This document shows, piece after piece, positions 13,370-26,212 of a DNA stretch of 64,000 bases (its first letter is position 1; every line of letters begins with the position of its first letter). The stretch comes from Takakia lepidozioides (lineage: Eukaryota > Plantae > Bryophyta), in NCBI GenBank assembly GCA_030704615.1, contig CM060732.1, positions 65,224,001-65,288,000 on the forward strand. Reading direction: 5' to 3'. A program made the translations under genes and the position numbers. Under the pieces are notes generated by a model that saw nothing but the letters and a program-made list of their open reading frames with translations, was not told the origin of the DNA and searched no databases.

Positions 13370-14400
13370 CTCAGACGGAAATTCGGCGCCGTTTTTCCAT
13401 TTTGGGAGGTTTTTACGACTTCCTTTGAGGGGGCCCCGATGGAAATTCGGCGCCGAATTTCCATCCGGGGGATGGTCTCTGTCGGAGAGGTGCCGGCCTC
13501 TCCGCCGCTCTGTTGGATATTCGGTGCTGAATTTCCGTCCGGGGGTTGAAATATGACGGTCAGGTGTCGGCCTCTCCCCCCTCCCTGACTGCATTGGAAC
13601 GGCCCCGGATGGAAATTCGGCGCCGTTTTTCCATCTGGGGAGGTTTTTATGTCGGCCAGTTTTCGGCCTGACCCCCCGACATGACTTCCTTTGGGGGGGC
13701 CCGGATGGAAATTCGACGCCGAATCTCCATATAGGGGATGCTCTCTGTCAAACACGTGCTGGCCTCTACGCCCGAGGCGACTTCATCCGGGCGTCCCCTG
13801 TTGGATATTCGGTGCCGAATTTCCGTCCGGGGGTTGAAATGTGACGGCCAGGTGCCGGCCTCTCCTCCCTCCCGACTGCATCCGAACCGCCCCGGATGGA
13901 AATTCGGCGCCGTTTTTTCCATCTGGGGATGGTTTTATGCCGGCCAGTTTTCGGCCTGACCCCCCGACACGACTTCCTTTGGGGGGGCCCGGATGGAAAT
14001 TCGGCGCCGAATGTCCATCCAGGGGATGTTCTCTTGTCGCACACGCGCCGGCCTCTGCGCCCGAGGCGACTTCATCCGGGCTTCCCCTGTTGTATATTCG
14101 GTGCCGAAATTTCCGTCCGGGGGTTGTAATGTGAGGGCTAGACGGCGGTCTTTTCCCCCGAGCCGACTGCATCTGAAAGGCCTCGGATGGAAATTCGGCG
14201 CCGTTTTTCTATCCGCGGAGGTTTTTAGGTCGGCCAGTGTTTCGGCCTGACCCCCCGACAGGACTTCCTTTGGGTGGATCCGAATGGAAATTCGGCGCGG
14301 AATTTCCATCCGGGGATGTTTCTGTCGGACAGGTGCGCATCTCTCCCCAGACGACTCATCCGTGCGGCCCCTGTTGGGTTTGGTGCCGAATTTCCATTCG
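13370..14400. repeat. Repeat C (~288-bp units carrying the gatggaaattcggcgccgaatttccatc palindrome)
   Basis: 3-4 diverged units; perfect 28-bp palindrome at 13438-13465; homologous to 46220-46940. Confidence 0.85.
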
Positions 14401-14822
14401 GGGATGGTAGTAATGTGACGCACGGTGCGGCTTCTCCCCGGCTCCGACTCCATGATAGGACATGGACACACGCACCCCACTTCCTGACTCGCCCACACTT
14501 TCTGACTGCATACCCGTTGGCAGTTATTGCGCAAAGACCAGGGGCCACATTTTGGAGACAAGGTTCATTAACACTCTGGACATCTGGAACTGTGGATAGT
14601 TGGCTCCCTGGATTTGGATCAGGCTTCGTCGCTCGGACAAATCGGCACCGCATTCCTTCCCATCTGCATCCCCCTTCTACTACAGGGAGCTTCCCCGCAC
14701 GCCATCCTGGCAGTCTTGTGTGCACATCTCCATGGCGGAAAAGAGACCCGAGCGCTACAGTGTACTGCCCTCCTCACGAGCATAGAGCTTCATTTCCGTG
14801 TAGATGGGACATATGCCGGGTG

Positions 14823-15968
14823 ATGGAGAAATATCTGTGCGTTCGATACCACCTGAAATCGGGGTCGGTTTTTTTGGAGGAGGAAATGAAGGACTCAAAC
14901 GGCCTTGTTGTCGAGAGTATTGTTGTGCTCCACGATGATTTCGGCGATGGCAGGGAATGGCGAGTTCCACCATTGGACAACGTCATATACAGGGCTGTTG
15001 GGGACTTCATTTGCCCGCCAAATGCACCTTATATCCTGGCGCCTTCCACGAAACAATCCGCGAATCAGAGAGTGGCTACCTCAAAGAGAGAAGTCCGCAA
15101 CGAAGTAAATCCAGAGCCGAACCCATCCATGAAGACGAGCGAGAACCGGGTTGTTCACAACCTGTCCGACTCAGACGAGGTCATGGAAGTTCCGAGGTCG
15201 TCCTGGAGATCAGGCAAGTCCTCAATGGACGTCAGTGGAGGAGGGAGTCATTTTCCCAGCACGAGCACCGCAGTTCGATCTATTCTTGAAATTCTGCGAG
15301 GGCTTCACCTGGAGGGACACCGGTCGGAGCTGGCCGGGCTGGACTACAGCAAGTTCGCAATTAAATCGGTTACATGCCTTCCCGCCGACGTCGACGGTAA
15401 TATCTTCTTTGAGTTCCCTCCTCGGGCGGACTACTCGAGGGCGTCTAGAATGTTGACAGATATGGATAGAAAACATGACGGTCATCCTTGGTGCGTTACC
15501 AAAACCACCAGCATGAAGATGCTCGATGCTGTGCGGGTGCGCTACGTTGTTTGTGCGGGCGCGTTGCGGTGTTTCTCCCCAACTTGCTTCCACTTTAAAT
15601 CCAGAGGTCACGAGAACGAGACCGATTGGACAGGCACAGCTCATCAACCATTTCGAGCTCAGGAGAAGGTTCCGAACTCCACATTTAAGTGTGCGCATTG
15701 CAAAGAACCACCACACTGCATGTCTGTTTGTAATGCCAAGCAGTTCTATGTGTTGCACCGTTTCCCTGACCTCACCGAGCTTGCATACACGTTGGTTCCC
15801 ATTGTCACAAATTGGCGAGGGGGAACTCGTGGGAGGCTGCCCACGAAGCAGAGCAGCTCGTTCAGGAGGAGGTTAAGTTGAGATCGGGTGCCAAACCCAA
15901 ATAGATACAGCTCCAAGCCGCCCATAAGATGGCATTGGCCAGAATTATGTCGGAAGACGGCTCCGATA
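14823..15968 (+). pseudogene. Truncated MULE-like transposase (N-terminal GCM-like Zn domain only)
   Basis: Near-identical to 47326-48470. Frameshift near 15777. Homology breaks at ~15968, before the DDE core. Confidence 0.75.
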
Positions 15969-15971
15969 CCA

Positions 15972-16860
15972 TCATCCGTGCTCTTTGTGGTGTTCTTTCC
16001 TCTCCTCCACTCTCCACCGTATGGGTAATTGCGGGGGTTGCTCTTGTCCGCGATGGTGTAACCGGTGTGTTACTGCCTCTTTGTGGTGTCTTGGAGGGAT
16101 CCACCGTCTCTGTGCGTCCCCGCTTACATTGGCATCTGTCATTTGGGCACCCCTGGCCTCTTCAGTGGCCTTTTCTCTTTCCTCCTGGCTAGCCTTCTGT
16201 CTCGCCTGTTCTTTTGCCCTCTCTTTTTCCCTCTCATGGGCTTTCTGTTTCTTACTAGGGCTAGCAGCAGGGGAGCCTGGATGGACGACCACCTTTGATT
16301 GAGGCGAACTGACACCCTCGCGCGCACTGGTCACTCCCCCCTCCGCAATCCGTGACGGTTCTCTCGCCGAGGATTGCATGTGCTTAGCTTTCTTCTTCTT
16401 CTTTGCGTGGGCGGGCCCTGCTGCATGTGCATCAACAACCTCCATTGCCGGATCTGCTGTCCTCACGTCCTCACGCCCTTCACCTGCCATGCCGCCTGCA
16501 CCAACCTCCCCAATGCCTATTCTGTCGTACCCTCGCTGCAGGTCCTCCCGTCCACCAACAAAAGGTTGAAGTTTGCCCTCTCGCCCCAAGTTGGGCGAAT
16601 CAAACATGCGATGAGTTGGAGCGGTCGATGATACCACCAGCGTGCCGGGCTCGTCGTCACTCTATCATTCCCAAAATCGTCAGAACCAACATCGGTGCCA
16701 AAACCAGCATCGCAACGAGCACGCAACCACCATAGCAACAATCGTGGAACAACAATGAAAACAAAACAAGTTTAGGAAGTATGGAGTGCCATGGAACAAC
16801 AATGAAAACAAATCCAACCAATGCCTAAGAATGACTTGGGCATCAAAACAGTGCAGATGT
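15972..16860 (-). pseudogene. 5' fragment of the ParB-MTase gene (low-complexity N-terminus plus upstream region)
   Basis: Near-identical to ~43440-44285, same orientation (MAGEGREDxRTAD...RTPxRAR). Confidence 0.85.
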
Positions 16861-16992
16861 TGCACTACAATCAAGCTAGACAAACATGGATGCTTGCGAC
16901 GCATCATCAATTGCAAAGAAGAAGCAGAGACAGCAATCTCTTTTTCCTGTAGATATTTTGTTTGTTGAACCCCGATCCGAGAGCTCGCAATC

Positions 16993-17292
16993 GACCTTGC
17001 ATCAACGCAAGGTTGATGCCGACCTCTATAGTGTATGTTTAGAACTTCTGGTGAAACGATCAGATGCCGCACAGGAATCAACCTTGTGTTGACGCAAGGC
17101 TAGTTTTGATGCATTTTTTGTTCAATCGAAGCGTCCGAACTCTCATACCCTGGACTGTAAGGTAGGGAAAAATGATTATTTGAAGCTCCCAAAAGAACCC
17201 TGCGTCAACGCAAAGCATTTTTTGGGTTCAAAAGTCTTTCCTTTATGCTAAACTACATCCCCATCAATCAACCTTGCGTCAAAGCAAGGTTG
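16993..17292. repeat. Four copies of the 24-bp quasi-palindrome CAACCTTGCGTCAACGCAAGGTTG, 5' of paralog 1
   Basis: Copies at ~16993, 17079, 17196 and 17269. Confidence 0.85.
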
Positions 17293-17340
17293 ATCCATCG
17301 GAGCTCAATCTGTCACTCACAGAGTATTCATTGTGTGCAG

Positions 17341-20300
17341 AGGAAAAGAAAAAGGAAATCCGAGGGGGAAGATTTGGCCGCGTCAGAAGGTGAAGGTGAG
17401 GAAGACTCATTGGAGGGACACTATGAAGACAAGGCCGAGGAGATAATGGGTGGGCAAAAAGTGAACTCGTCGAAGGTGATTCTGTCGATGGAGGTTCCCG
17501 GCGGAAACCTGGTCATTCCGCTGTGCAGGATGATCTCCATGCCCGCTGTTCGACCGGCATTGAGGAATGATATAACGAAGTTGAAGAACGACTTTGTTCA
17601 CGGCTATGTCAAGGGATCAGCAGTGTTCTACGTATCCACTATAAACACGAAAGGAGAGGAGTGTCTTGTAACAGAGGACATTGAGCAAAGTTGGGATGCA
17701 TGCTGGCGGGATGTAAACAGGGAGTTTGAGTTTAAGCTGTCCAAAAAGGCCTCCACAAAAGCATTCATGGGAAAGATGTTTTTTGTCTGGGATGGGAACC
17801 ACAGACTGCTTGCCTAGATGGATTACATATCAAGCTTGCACTCGGACGAGATCGAATGGCACTGGAGCGTGGTTTCCATGGTTCTCGATCACAAAGGACG
17901 TGTCACGCAGCTCTTGACAGCCATGCACGACATAAACAAGTAAGTTTCCAACTTTGTGTCTGTTCCGCGTTTCGACAATTTGAAATCATCTTATGAGTTG
18001 AAGGTTATTCCAGGTCCAATGAAACATCTCATGTGACGACCAATCTGTGCCACACTCTATTCCGCATCCAGAAGGTAGGGCTGATGCCACTGGAGTCATT
18101 CACGAACGTGCTCAGTCCTCAGCAGATGAAGAGGTGTGCTGAGAAGAAGACAAGCACATGGTACAGCTTGACAAGGGAGGCTTTTCTTGACTACATGTAC
18201 ACTGTAAGCTTCTTGACACGTGTTTGCTTGTTATTACTGCAAATTTTGTGAAGAAACGCCAGTGTTTGATTCTTTTTACCTGTAATGTATGCAGCAAGAA
18301 ATAGCAGAAACTGTTTGAAGGCGAAAGCAGAGTACTATGATTCCCACACAGAAGAGCAGCGGTCTGCAACTGGGCTTGAGGACATGATGAAGTTCGAGAT
18401 GAATAATCAAAGGAAGAACCTCATGAGTGCATTCGACAAACAAATCCGGATAGCAGATCCAGGTCTTGGCACGGAATTTCTGGAGCAGGTGAAAGCACAC
18501 TATGACAAGTATGGCTCCAAGCCAGAAATGACTCAGGAGAAACTACATCGCCTTTCCATTTCAATGGTGGACAATGCAACCAAAATCAGGTGGTTGGAGA
18601 TATGGAATTCGGATCCTCTTGTGAGAGACACAAACATGTTCCCAACTCCAGAGAGGGACCTGAAGACACAAGCAATAAAAGTTGTTAGCGACCACACATT
18701 CGTCCAGTGGCTACACAAAGCCACATTCTGGAGCCAGGTAAGGTTTCCACCAAACCATTTTCAGACATTTGTGTTGCTCCGTAACCTCTCCCAAATTCTC
18801 ATGAGCTTTCTTGTTGCAGTTGGAAAAACGTGCAGTGGCTGCACTTGCTGAGTCGATGTCAGACTATAAAATCCAGATGGCTTGCCCCCGGATCACACTG
18901 GAGGCCTACATCAGGAGATGGAAGCTCGCTGTCTGGAAAAACTGCTTCTTCAGGGAGTTTGAGAAAGACAAAGGAATCTCCAGGTAGTACGAATTCAAAA
19001 ACCAGTACAACAGCGAGCAAGCAATGAAACAAGTGTTGTACAAGTGTGACCTCCTTGAATCAAATTTGGTACTTGAAGGGTATGTTTCTGCATTCTTGTG
19101 TCGTTCTTTCCATAAAGAATTGCGATTTTGCAGGGCTTTGAGGGATCTCTGAGGGCTCTGCATGTGCAGTCGAGCAACATTGCGTTAACGCAAGGTTGTA
19201 TCCCATTGTCCCGGTTTCAGTTACCTATACCAGGGTATCCCATAATGCCGTTTTTCTGCATGTGAAAGGGGATAAACTGACAGGAAAATCAGCCTTGCGT
19301 CAACGCAAGGTTGATGAAGTGGCAGGCTATGTAGCTTTTCCTGTGGTTTTGGGTAGTTCAAATCCAGTTCCAATGCTGCCAAGATGAACATAAGACTGTT
19401 TGGAGTCTGTTTGAAATGCTATTTACAGCTTTGACTGTACCAACAAACAGACTTGCGTTGACGCAACGTTGTTTGGCGGTATGGATTGCTGGAAATGTCC
19501 CGCAGCAATCTCCCGATTTCCATACAATTGTAGGAAACTTATGATTATCAGATACCATTGACATGTGTTTCAACAGAGGATTTCAACATTGCGCCAACGC
19601 AATGTTGAATATCCGCACCAGTACATAGTCACATGGTTGTTTTCAAGCAGTGTTTTCCATTTCCTCTGTGAATGAAAACAACCTTGCTTTGAAGCAATGT
19701 TGAATTGCGCTTGTCAGTCGTTGTCTCTATCAATACAACATTATCATTTGGTGTTTCCCATTTTGCTCGAATCAACATTGCGTCAACGCAAGGTTGATTC
19801 GGGATTGCAAAAGTTCATTATGAGTGTTGCCTTCCTGCATTTCAATATCTTTTTCCGGATGTGTGTTCTTTTTCATTTTCAGATCGAATGACTGTCTGGG
19901 TTTTTGGTGTGTGATTCAGGTATATGTATCATATCCTCATACCGGGAAAGTACCTTAGCGATGACCCAGACTTCATCTATTCGTGGGCTGACCCCTCCAA
20001 TGACAAGACAATGTACACGGCTGGTATTGCCAGAGACTAGAGCAGGGCGCACTTCAGAGACTGTGGGTGGTACCTCGACCTGCCAAAACAGGACACACCA
20101 TTCGATGAAGTTGTTTTGAGAAACCTGAACGACAATGCCGCAACAATTGCCCCATTGGCTGACAAAGACATCCATGACAGAATCATTTCTGCTCTGGCTG
20201 CAAAAGAGCCCGAGAAAACTGCTACTCCAAAACGAAAGGGGAAGATTGTCGGGGATCCGAAGGGGAAGGGGAAAAGTGCAGCTCCGCAAGGACAGGGACC

Positions 20301-21140
20301 GTCAGTGGTTCCTGAAAGACAGCCTTCTCCCACAAGGAGGGATAGGAGAACATCAAAGCCGAGGGAGCAAGTTTTCGAGGCGAGAGAACATCCTCCAGGG
20401 TTTGGGCCAATTCAATCGTAAGGTGCTGAATGAAAGTTTTCTTGCAATGATGGAGTCTAGGAAGTCCACATTCAAAGGGGTGCCCTCGAAATCATGGGAC
20501 ATGCTTGTTTCGTTCCTCACTCAGGTAAACACTTATGTCTAAACTGTTGTATGAATAATTGTGTTTTGGCAACTTGTCGTGGCTTGTCCAGGGGATTGAT
20601 CTCCTGTTAGATTTGGATTGGGCTTCTTACACTGTCTCTTGTTTTTGCTTTTGTGTAGGTCACAAAAAGTCCGGAATGTGTGAATGGAGTTCAGCAGGCA
20701 TACGCGACTGACCTTGTGGTGCTGGACATTCCTGACGGTTTTCCTGTCCCTGATGTGTTCCCTTCCAGTTCGACCCCGAACAAATCGGATTCTCGTTACT
20801 GGCATGGGCTTTCTCGTTCAGCAACAAATTCCTTTCGGACTCGGGGGCTCTTCTTCTCATGCAGTCAAAGGACATGTCGGCTGAGAACTCTTTTCAGCTA
20901 CATGAAAGCTTCCGGGTTTCGTTGTCATCAAAAACTTGGACATGCATCAATACTCTGTCTCTTACGAAGGGCGAGTTCCCGGGGCAGAAAGTGAGTTGTT
21001 CCTTTCAATTGATGTTTCGTGGTTTTCGGTAAATCAAAATGGTGGGTTATGTCTTCTGTCTCATGCTCTCTTCGTGATTATTGACAGACACGGGTGTTCG
21101 AAGCTTTGTGCCTGGTGAGGCGGAAGGACGACCCTGGGAC
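17341..21140 (+). pseudogene. ParB/Srx-like plus amino-methyltransferase gene, paralog 1 (multi-exon, 3' truncated)
   Basis: IPLCRM..RPAL..DI.KLK..F..GY and FVWDGNHRLLA* (ParB/Srx GxxR patch). GT-AG introns at ~17940-18013, 18204-18294, 18738-18819, ~19080-19920 and 20525-20658. DCGWYLDLP and DLVVLDIPDG (20725-20739) match paralog 2. Stops and frameshifts present; cut by Gypsy sequence at ~21140. Confidence 0.75.
19175..19800. repeat. Six copies of the same 24-bp quasi-palindrome in the large intron of paralog 1
   Basis: Copies at ~19175, 19290, 19448, 19584, 19679 and 19773. Confidence 0.88.
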
Positions 21141-24100
21141 CAGTTCAATCTTATGCTGACAGACTTTAGGTGGTATTCCTTTTAGATCCTCATAGCTCCA
21201 GCAAATACATCTCTGTTATTTGATGAACAAGCTCTTAGCTTCTTCAAAGAATTATGGCTCCAAATCAGCTCCTACTTTCACCATCTCGGTCCTCTTTAGT
21301 TCCCACATTCACTTCCCTCACCTGCTCATCAGTGTGAGTCTTGTCCAACCAGTCACCACTTCATCCTGTAAGCTCACAGTGGCTGGTTCCTCTAGGATTC
21401 CATTTCTCCTTCTCTTTCTTCATAGAAATGTGATGGGTAACTGCTGGTTCCTCTTCAGTGGTGTTTGCTGTCACTACACCACAGCAGATACCTCTAAACA
21501 ACTTAGGCTTCCAACCGCATCTCTGCAACTTGCTCCACTCTGGGTGTGCAGCAAAACAGGGTAGCTTCCTGCTCCTCATCCAGTCCTTCTCTCCAGTCAT
21601 ACTCTCGACTCCTTGAGGTCTTCTCGTAGCAGGGTAATCTACTAGATTTCTCTGTGGTAATTTGTATCTCGTGTATCCCATTATGCACGGTTAGTACTGA
21701 GAATTCCAGTCATGGAATACCCTGGCCTTGTTCAGCCACGGACGTCCCAAGAATAAGGGTAAGCCTCCATGACTTCATCCATCTTCAACACAGTTACTGT
21801 GATCATAAAGATCATCTTTGTATCTGTATATTAACTCCTCTTATTAATCCCAATGGCTGTACACTTCTTTGATCTAGCCATTGTTACTGTAAATGGGGCT
21901 GGTTTCATGTTACTTAGAACAAGCTTCTTTCTCAACTTTGTCTGTCATGAGATTATCCAGAACCTCCATCTATCAGTACATCATTAGTTCTGTGCTCCAA
22001 TTTCAATGGATACTGGCTAGAATCATCAAGTCCATGACTGTTTCTCGCCCTTTCGGCTACACAGTATAACTGGTCACCGTGCTGTTCAGGTCTGTGTTTC
22101 CTGTCTCCTGGGCAATTCGATTGATTGCTTGATACACGCCTGTGCCTACAATAAGGTGCCACAGCCAATAGCTGTCCAATGGTAATCTCTGCTTTGGTCT
22201 GGCATATTACTTCAGCCAAAGTCTCTTCATTACTTTTCATGTCTGCATCTTCTTCTTCTTTCCTCCTCCCACTTCTTCTTCTCCATCAGAATCAGAGGAA
22301 TCTGCCACAGGAATATCAGTACTCTTCTGCATTTCCCTTATGGTATCTGCCACTTCCTTGTGCAGTTCCTTCTCCTCTCTCCAAGCCTCATCATCTTCAG
22401 GTATATCACTGCCACCTTCATTATCATCATTTTCCTCAACTACCGGAGGTATTAATTTAGCTTTGCTTTGGTTACTATCATTGTACTACTTCTGGTACAA
22501 CACATGGCCTAACCATGTGAGCTGCCACCACTGGGCCCTCATTCACAGGAGCTCTCATCTCATTCTGGTGCTTATCCAGATGAACAGGCTGCCTTGCGAT
22601 GTCCTGGCTGATTACAATAGTAACATAGTTCTTCACCATTGGGTCCTCGCCCTTGGTCTGCTCTTGGATTAATCCTGATTCCCGGGCTGGTAATTCCCCT
22701 TGGATTACCTGATAGTTGCCTCTGGAATTTCCTTGGTAATTCCCTCTTGAATTACCTCTCCCTTCCATGCCATGTTATAACCACCAGACCTACCATAGTG
22801 GTCCTGATCATTGTTTCTTCTGGCTGGGGCTGCACCTGATTGCACCCTTACTTGCCTAGGTTCTCTTGCAGCTGTCCTTCTGTTGTAGTAACAATTCTCA
22901 GTAGAATGGTTATCCATTTTACAGATAGTACAGTGTTTCTCCTTCATGTTGCATTCTGTGGTGGTATGGCCTTCATTCTGGCACTTTGCACACCAAACAC
23001 CCTTCCTCCAATGTGTTGCAGCCTCTGTGGCATACTTCTTCAAGATTTCTTCTAATCTTTTCTCATAGTTATCCCTCTTCAACTTCTCCTTTCTCTTACT
23101 CTTCCTTTTCAGTTCTTGCTCTTCTTCTTCATCTGACTCATCCAGAGTCATTCAGAGTCATCATCATCCTTTTCTCTCTCCTGAGCATTCCCAATTGCTC
23201 AATTCGGTTTGTTGTTTCAAATGCCCCTCCACTGTATTATGGGGTAACATTCCACTTTCTTCTGCAACTCTGGTCTTAGTCCACTCACAAAACCAGTCTT
23301 CTGTAAACCTGGTGCTGGTACAGCAGCCAGCTTTTCATCAGCAATTCCATCTTTTCCATATACTCCTCAACAGTTTCATGCTTCTTTTGCTTTAACTGTT
23401 GTAAACTTCCATACACTTCATCCTCAGTTTTACTTGTCCTGAACCTATTTCGGAATGTTGTATTCAAGCCATTCCAGGTTAGGAAATGATTATTAGGAAA
23501 TCTTGCATACCATTCACTTGCTTTCTTGATAAGTGAACAGGAAACAATCTCATCTTGGCATCATCGCCATTCTCATTGTTCACTATACACATGTGCTCAA
23601 ATGGCTAATGTGTACATCGGGATCCCCTTTCCTGAATATATTGGAAAAGGTGGTTTTGCCCGTGTTGGTTGTAACGCCATCTGTGGCCCTACCCTCTGCC
23701 CACTGACAGGTGCTGGCACCCTTGCTGGTGCTGGTCCTTGAGGACCTGTTGTAGTTGTGGTGGATCTTCCACCAAGTGGTGGCCCCTGAGCACTCCCTGC
23801 TACTGGCCCCACAATATTCACAGTATTCCCAGCTCCAGTTGCACTACTTCCCACACTCCCTGTCCCCCCAGAGCCAGATCCAGGCAGCCCGCCTGATCCC
23901 CCTGAGCCGACACCTTCGTTGGCCTGTGATCCAAGTGCTCCACTTGATCGAGGTCCAACGGGTTGGGATGTCCTGGTTGTAGTCTCAACCTCAGCTGTTG
24001 GGTCTACTTCTTCATACTCTTCCTCTTCCAATTTCTTCTCTCTATTTTCATCCTCCAAGTTCTGCCCTTGGGTTTCTTCTTCACTCATGTAACTCAACTG

Positions 24101-26081
24101 CAATGGTGTTGGAGAGTCTGAACTCTCCGTTGGCTCTGCCACATCCTCTCCTCCTTCTTCACCTTCTGCTTCAGAAACTGGAGTTCCTGCTTTTGGTGTT
24201 CCATGCCAACTCTTATCAAAAATTTCTGTCAAATCTTTTATCTAGGGATGTACCTCAGATCTTTCACCTCGTGATTGATCTTCCTCCCGTACCAATTCCC
24301 TTAATCTTTCTTGTAAAGAAACAGAAGGAGTGGCATCCAACTCTAGTTCTTCCGGTATGGGTGATGTACTCTTTGATCTTAATGGCGTGAGAGGTCCAGA
24401 TGATTCCCTATGTCTATTCCTCTCTCCCAAAGATATGGATAATTAGCTTTCAGATAGCTTTCTCTTTTTGTTGAATATCTCTGGCGTCTAGCTTCTCTTT
24501 CATCACTCATGTCCCATGTCTTTCATTTCTTTTTAATGTGGCAATAACCAAAACTCTCTTCTGTAATATCTCTCGTATATGCCTGGGTTTCTTTCAAGCT
24601 TCAATGCACCCTTGGCTATACTTGAAGTCTCCGTTACCATATAACCATATGGCAAACAAGTCTGGAAAGCTGTTCTTGGTGTGAGTTTGATCCACAAAAT
24701 ATCCTTTGGAATCCAATTCTTTACCAGTACAAGCTCTTCATGCATATGAGTATAAACATTCACTTTTCTTTCCTCCCAGCCTTCAAACTCTACTCGCTTA
24801 ATGGATAGCAATGCTATCACATATACCAATGTTAGTAACCAACGTGCTCTTCCTCTACAGGCCACCTGATAAATCTTTATCACTCCTTTCTCCACACCCA
24901 TGCATCAGCATCATGCACTCTCTTAAGAATGTTTTCTTTACAACCGTCCGGCAATTACCTGTGGAAGAATCGTTTGGACAATCTTTCCTTCTCAATTTGA
25001 TTCACATCAAATTCTTTAATTCTCCATCCACCATGATCCCACCAGATGCCTGTCACATCTGGTTGTTCATGACCCAGTTCCCCAGTATGGTCGCCAAATG
25101 TCGCGCGGCTTTTACTCACCCATCCCTTCGCTATCTGAGGCGGAAACTCCAAGATAGAAAAGTTGGAAATCTCTAAGTACTCAGCCCGCTCAGAACAATC
25201 AGTCATGACCTACAGCTAGTGTTTCATGGGGGTGTTTCCTATTTGTTTTCCTTTCCGCATTCATGTTAGCTAGCTACCTTACTATTGATAATTAAGTATC
25301 AGTTTGCTTCATCAATCTATCGGATTCCATCAACTCATCCATTCATTCCACAGCTTCACTCATATCTCTCTACACAGTGGGAGTATGAAGTATGTATCAG
25401 ATTAATATCTATCAAGTATCAGGCTGAAGCCATGGTGTCTCTAATCTACTCTACATTACAATTCTATAGCTTGCATTCATCAAGTAACAACAGATCGTCA
25501 CTTCTCCTACTCCGTACTCTTCATCTTTCTGCTCAGAGATACGCTCTCTGTCTCATTTCCCTCTGTCATGTCCGAAGTCCCCTCCCGAAGTCATGTCAAG
25601 AAGTGATCCTCCTCCAGTCCTCGCTCCTCGCTTTATTTTCCTACCCGTTGTTCTAACCGTTTTCCTCACTAACCGTCATCCGTGAACTAATCATGTTCCA
25701 TTCGCATATGTTGTTCCCCACAGTTGTTCCCTATCCTGCTATCCGTTCCCTATGGTCGTGACAGCTGTGTCAAGCTGTGACTGGTTGTGTGGCTGTGACG
25801 GGCTGTGTCGGCTGTGACGACTGTGACGGGCTGTGTTGGCTGTGATGGGTTGTGTCGGCTGTGACGACTGTGACGGGCTGTGTTGACTGTGATGGGCTGT
25901 GTCGGCTGTGACGACTGTGACGGGCTGTGTTGGCTGTGACTGGCTATGTTGGGCTGTGTAACCCCCCTCTACAGTGCGCTGCTGTCACCCCTAAGGCTCC
26001 TGTTGGTCTCAGTCTGTGCAAAAATTAAGGGTACTCCTCATATCCCGTAAAAGTGTCTAAGTCCCTGGTAGTCCTCTAACA
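21141..26081 (-). mobile_element. Ty3/Gypsy LTR retrotransposon, 5' half (LTR, PBS, ORF0, gag, protease, start of RT), degenerate
   Basis: Reverse-strand homolog of 48956-53700. PBS at 25079-25096, LTR 25099-26081 (TG...CA), protease VLIDGGSG, ends at AWSYEDLKGIPP..CQHKIEL. Confidence 0.92.
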
Positions 26082-26212
26082 GCGGGCTGTATAACCCCCC
26101 TAAAGCCTGCTGCTGCCACCCCTAAGGCTCCTGTTGGTCTCAGTCTGCGCAAAAATTAAGGGTACCCCACAGAACCCGTAAAAGCGTCTAAGTCCCAAGC
26201 AGCCCTCTAACA
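26082..26212 (-). repeat. Remnant of a second LTR 5' end
   Basis: Second ...agtcccaagcagccctctaaca terminus, matching 33150-33283 and the reverse complement of 27132-27260. Confidence 0.8.

Noticed and set aside
7005-14400. CRISPR array or protein-coding ORFs in the palindromic repeats
   Set aside because: Inter-repeat sequences are themselves repeated (no unique spacers), there are no cas genes, and the ORFs are translations of tandem repeats.
19175-19800. CRISPR-like reading of the 24-bp palindromes with unique spacers
   Set aside because: Spacing is irregular (~95-160 bp), copies are degenerate and in both orientations, they lie within a spliceosomal intron, and no cas genes are present.
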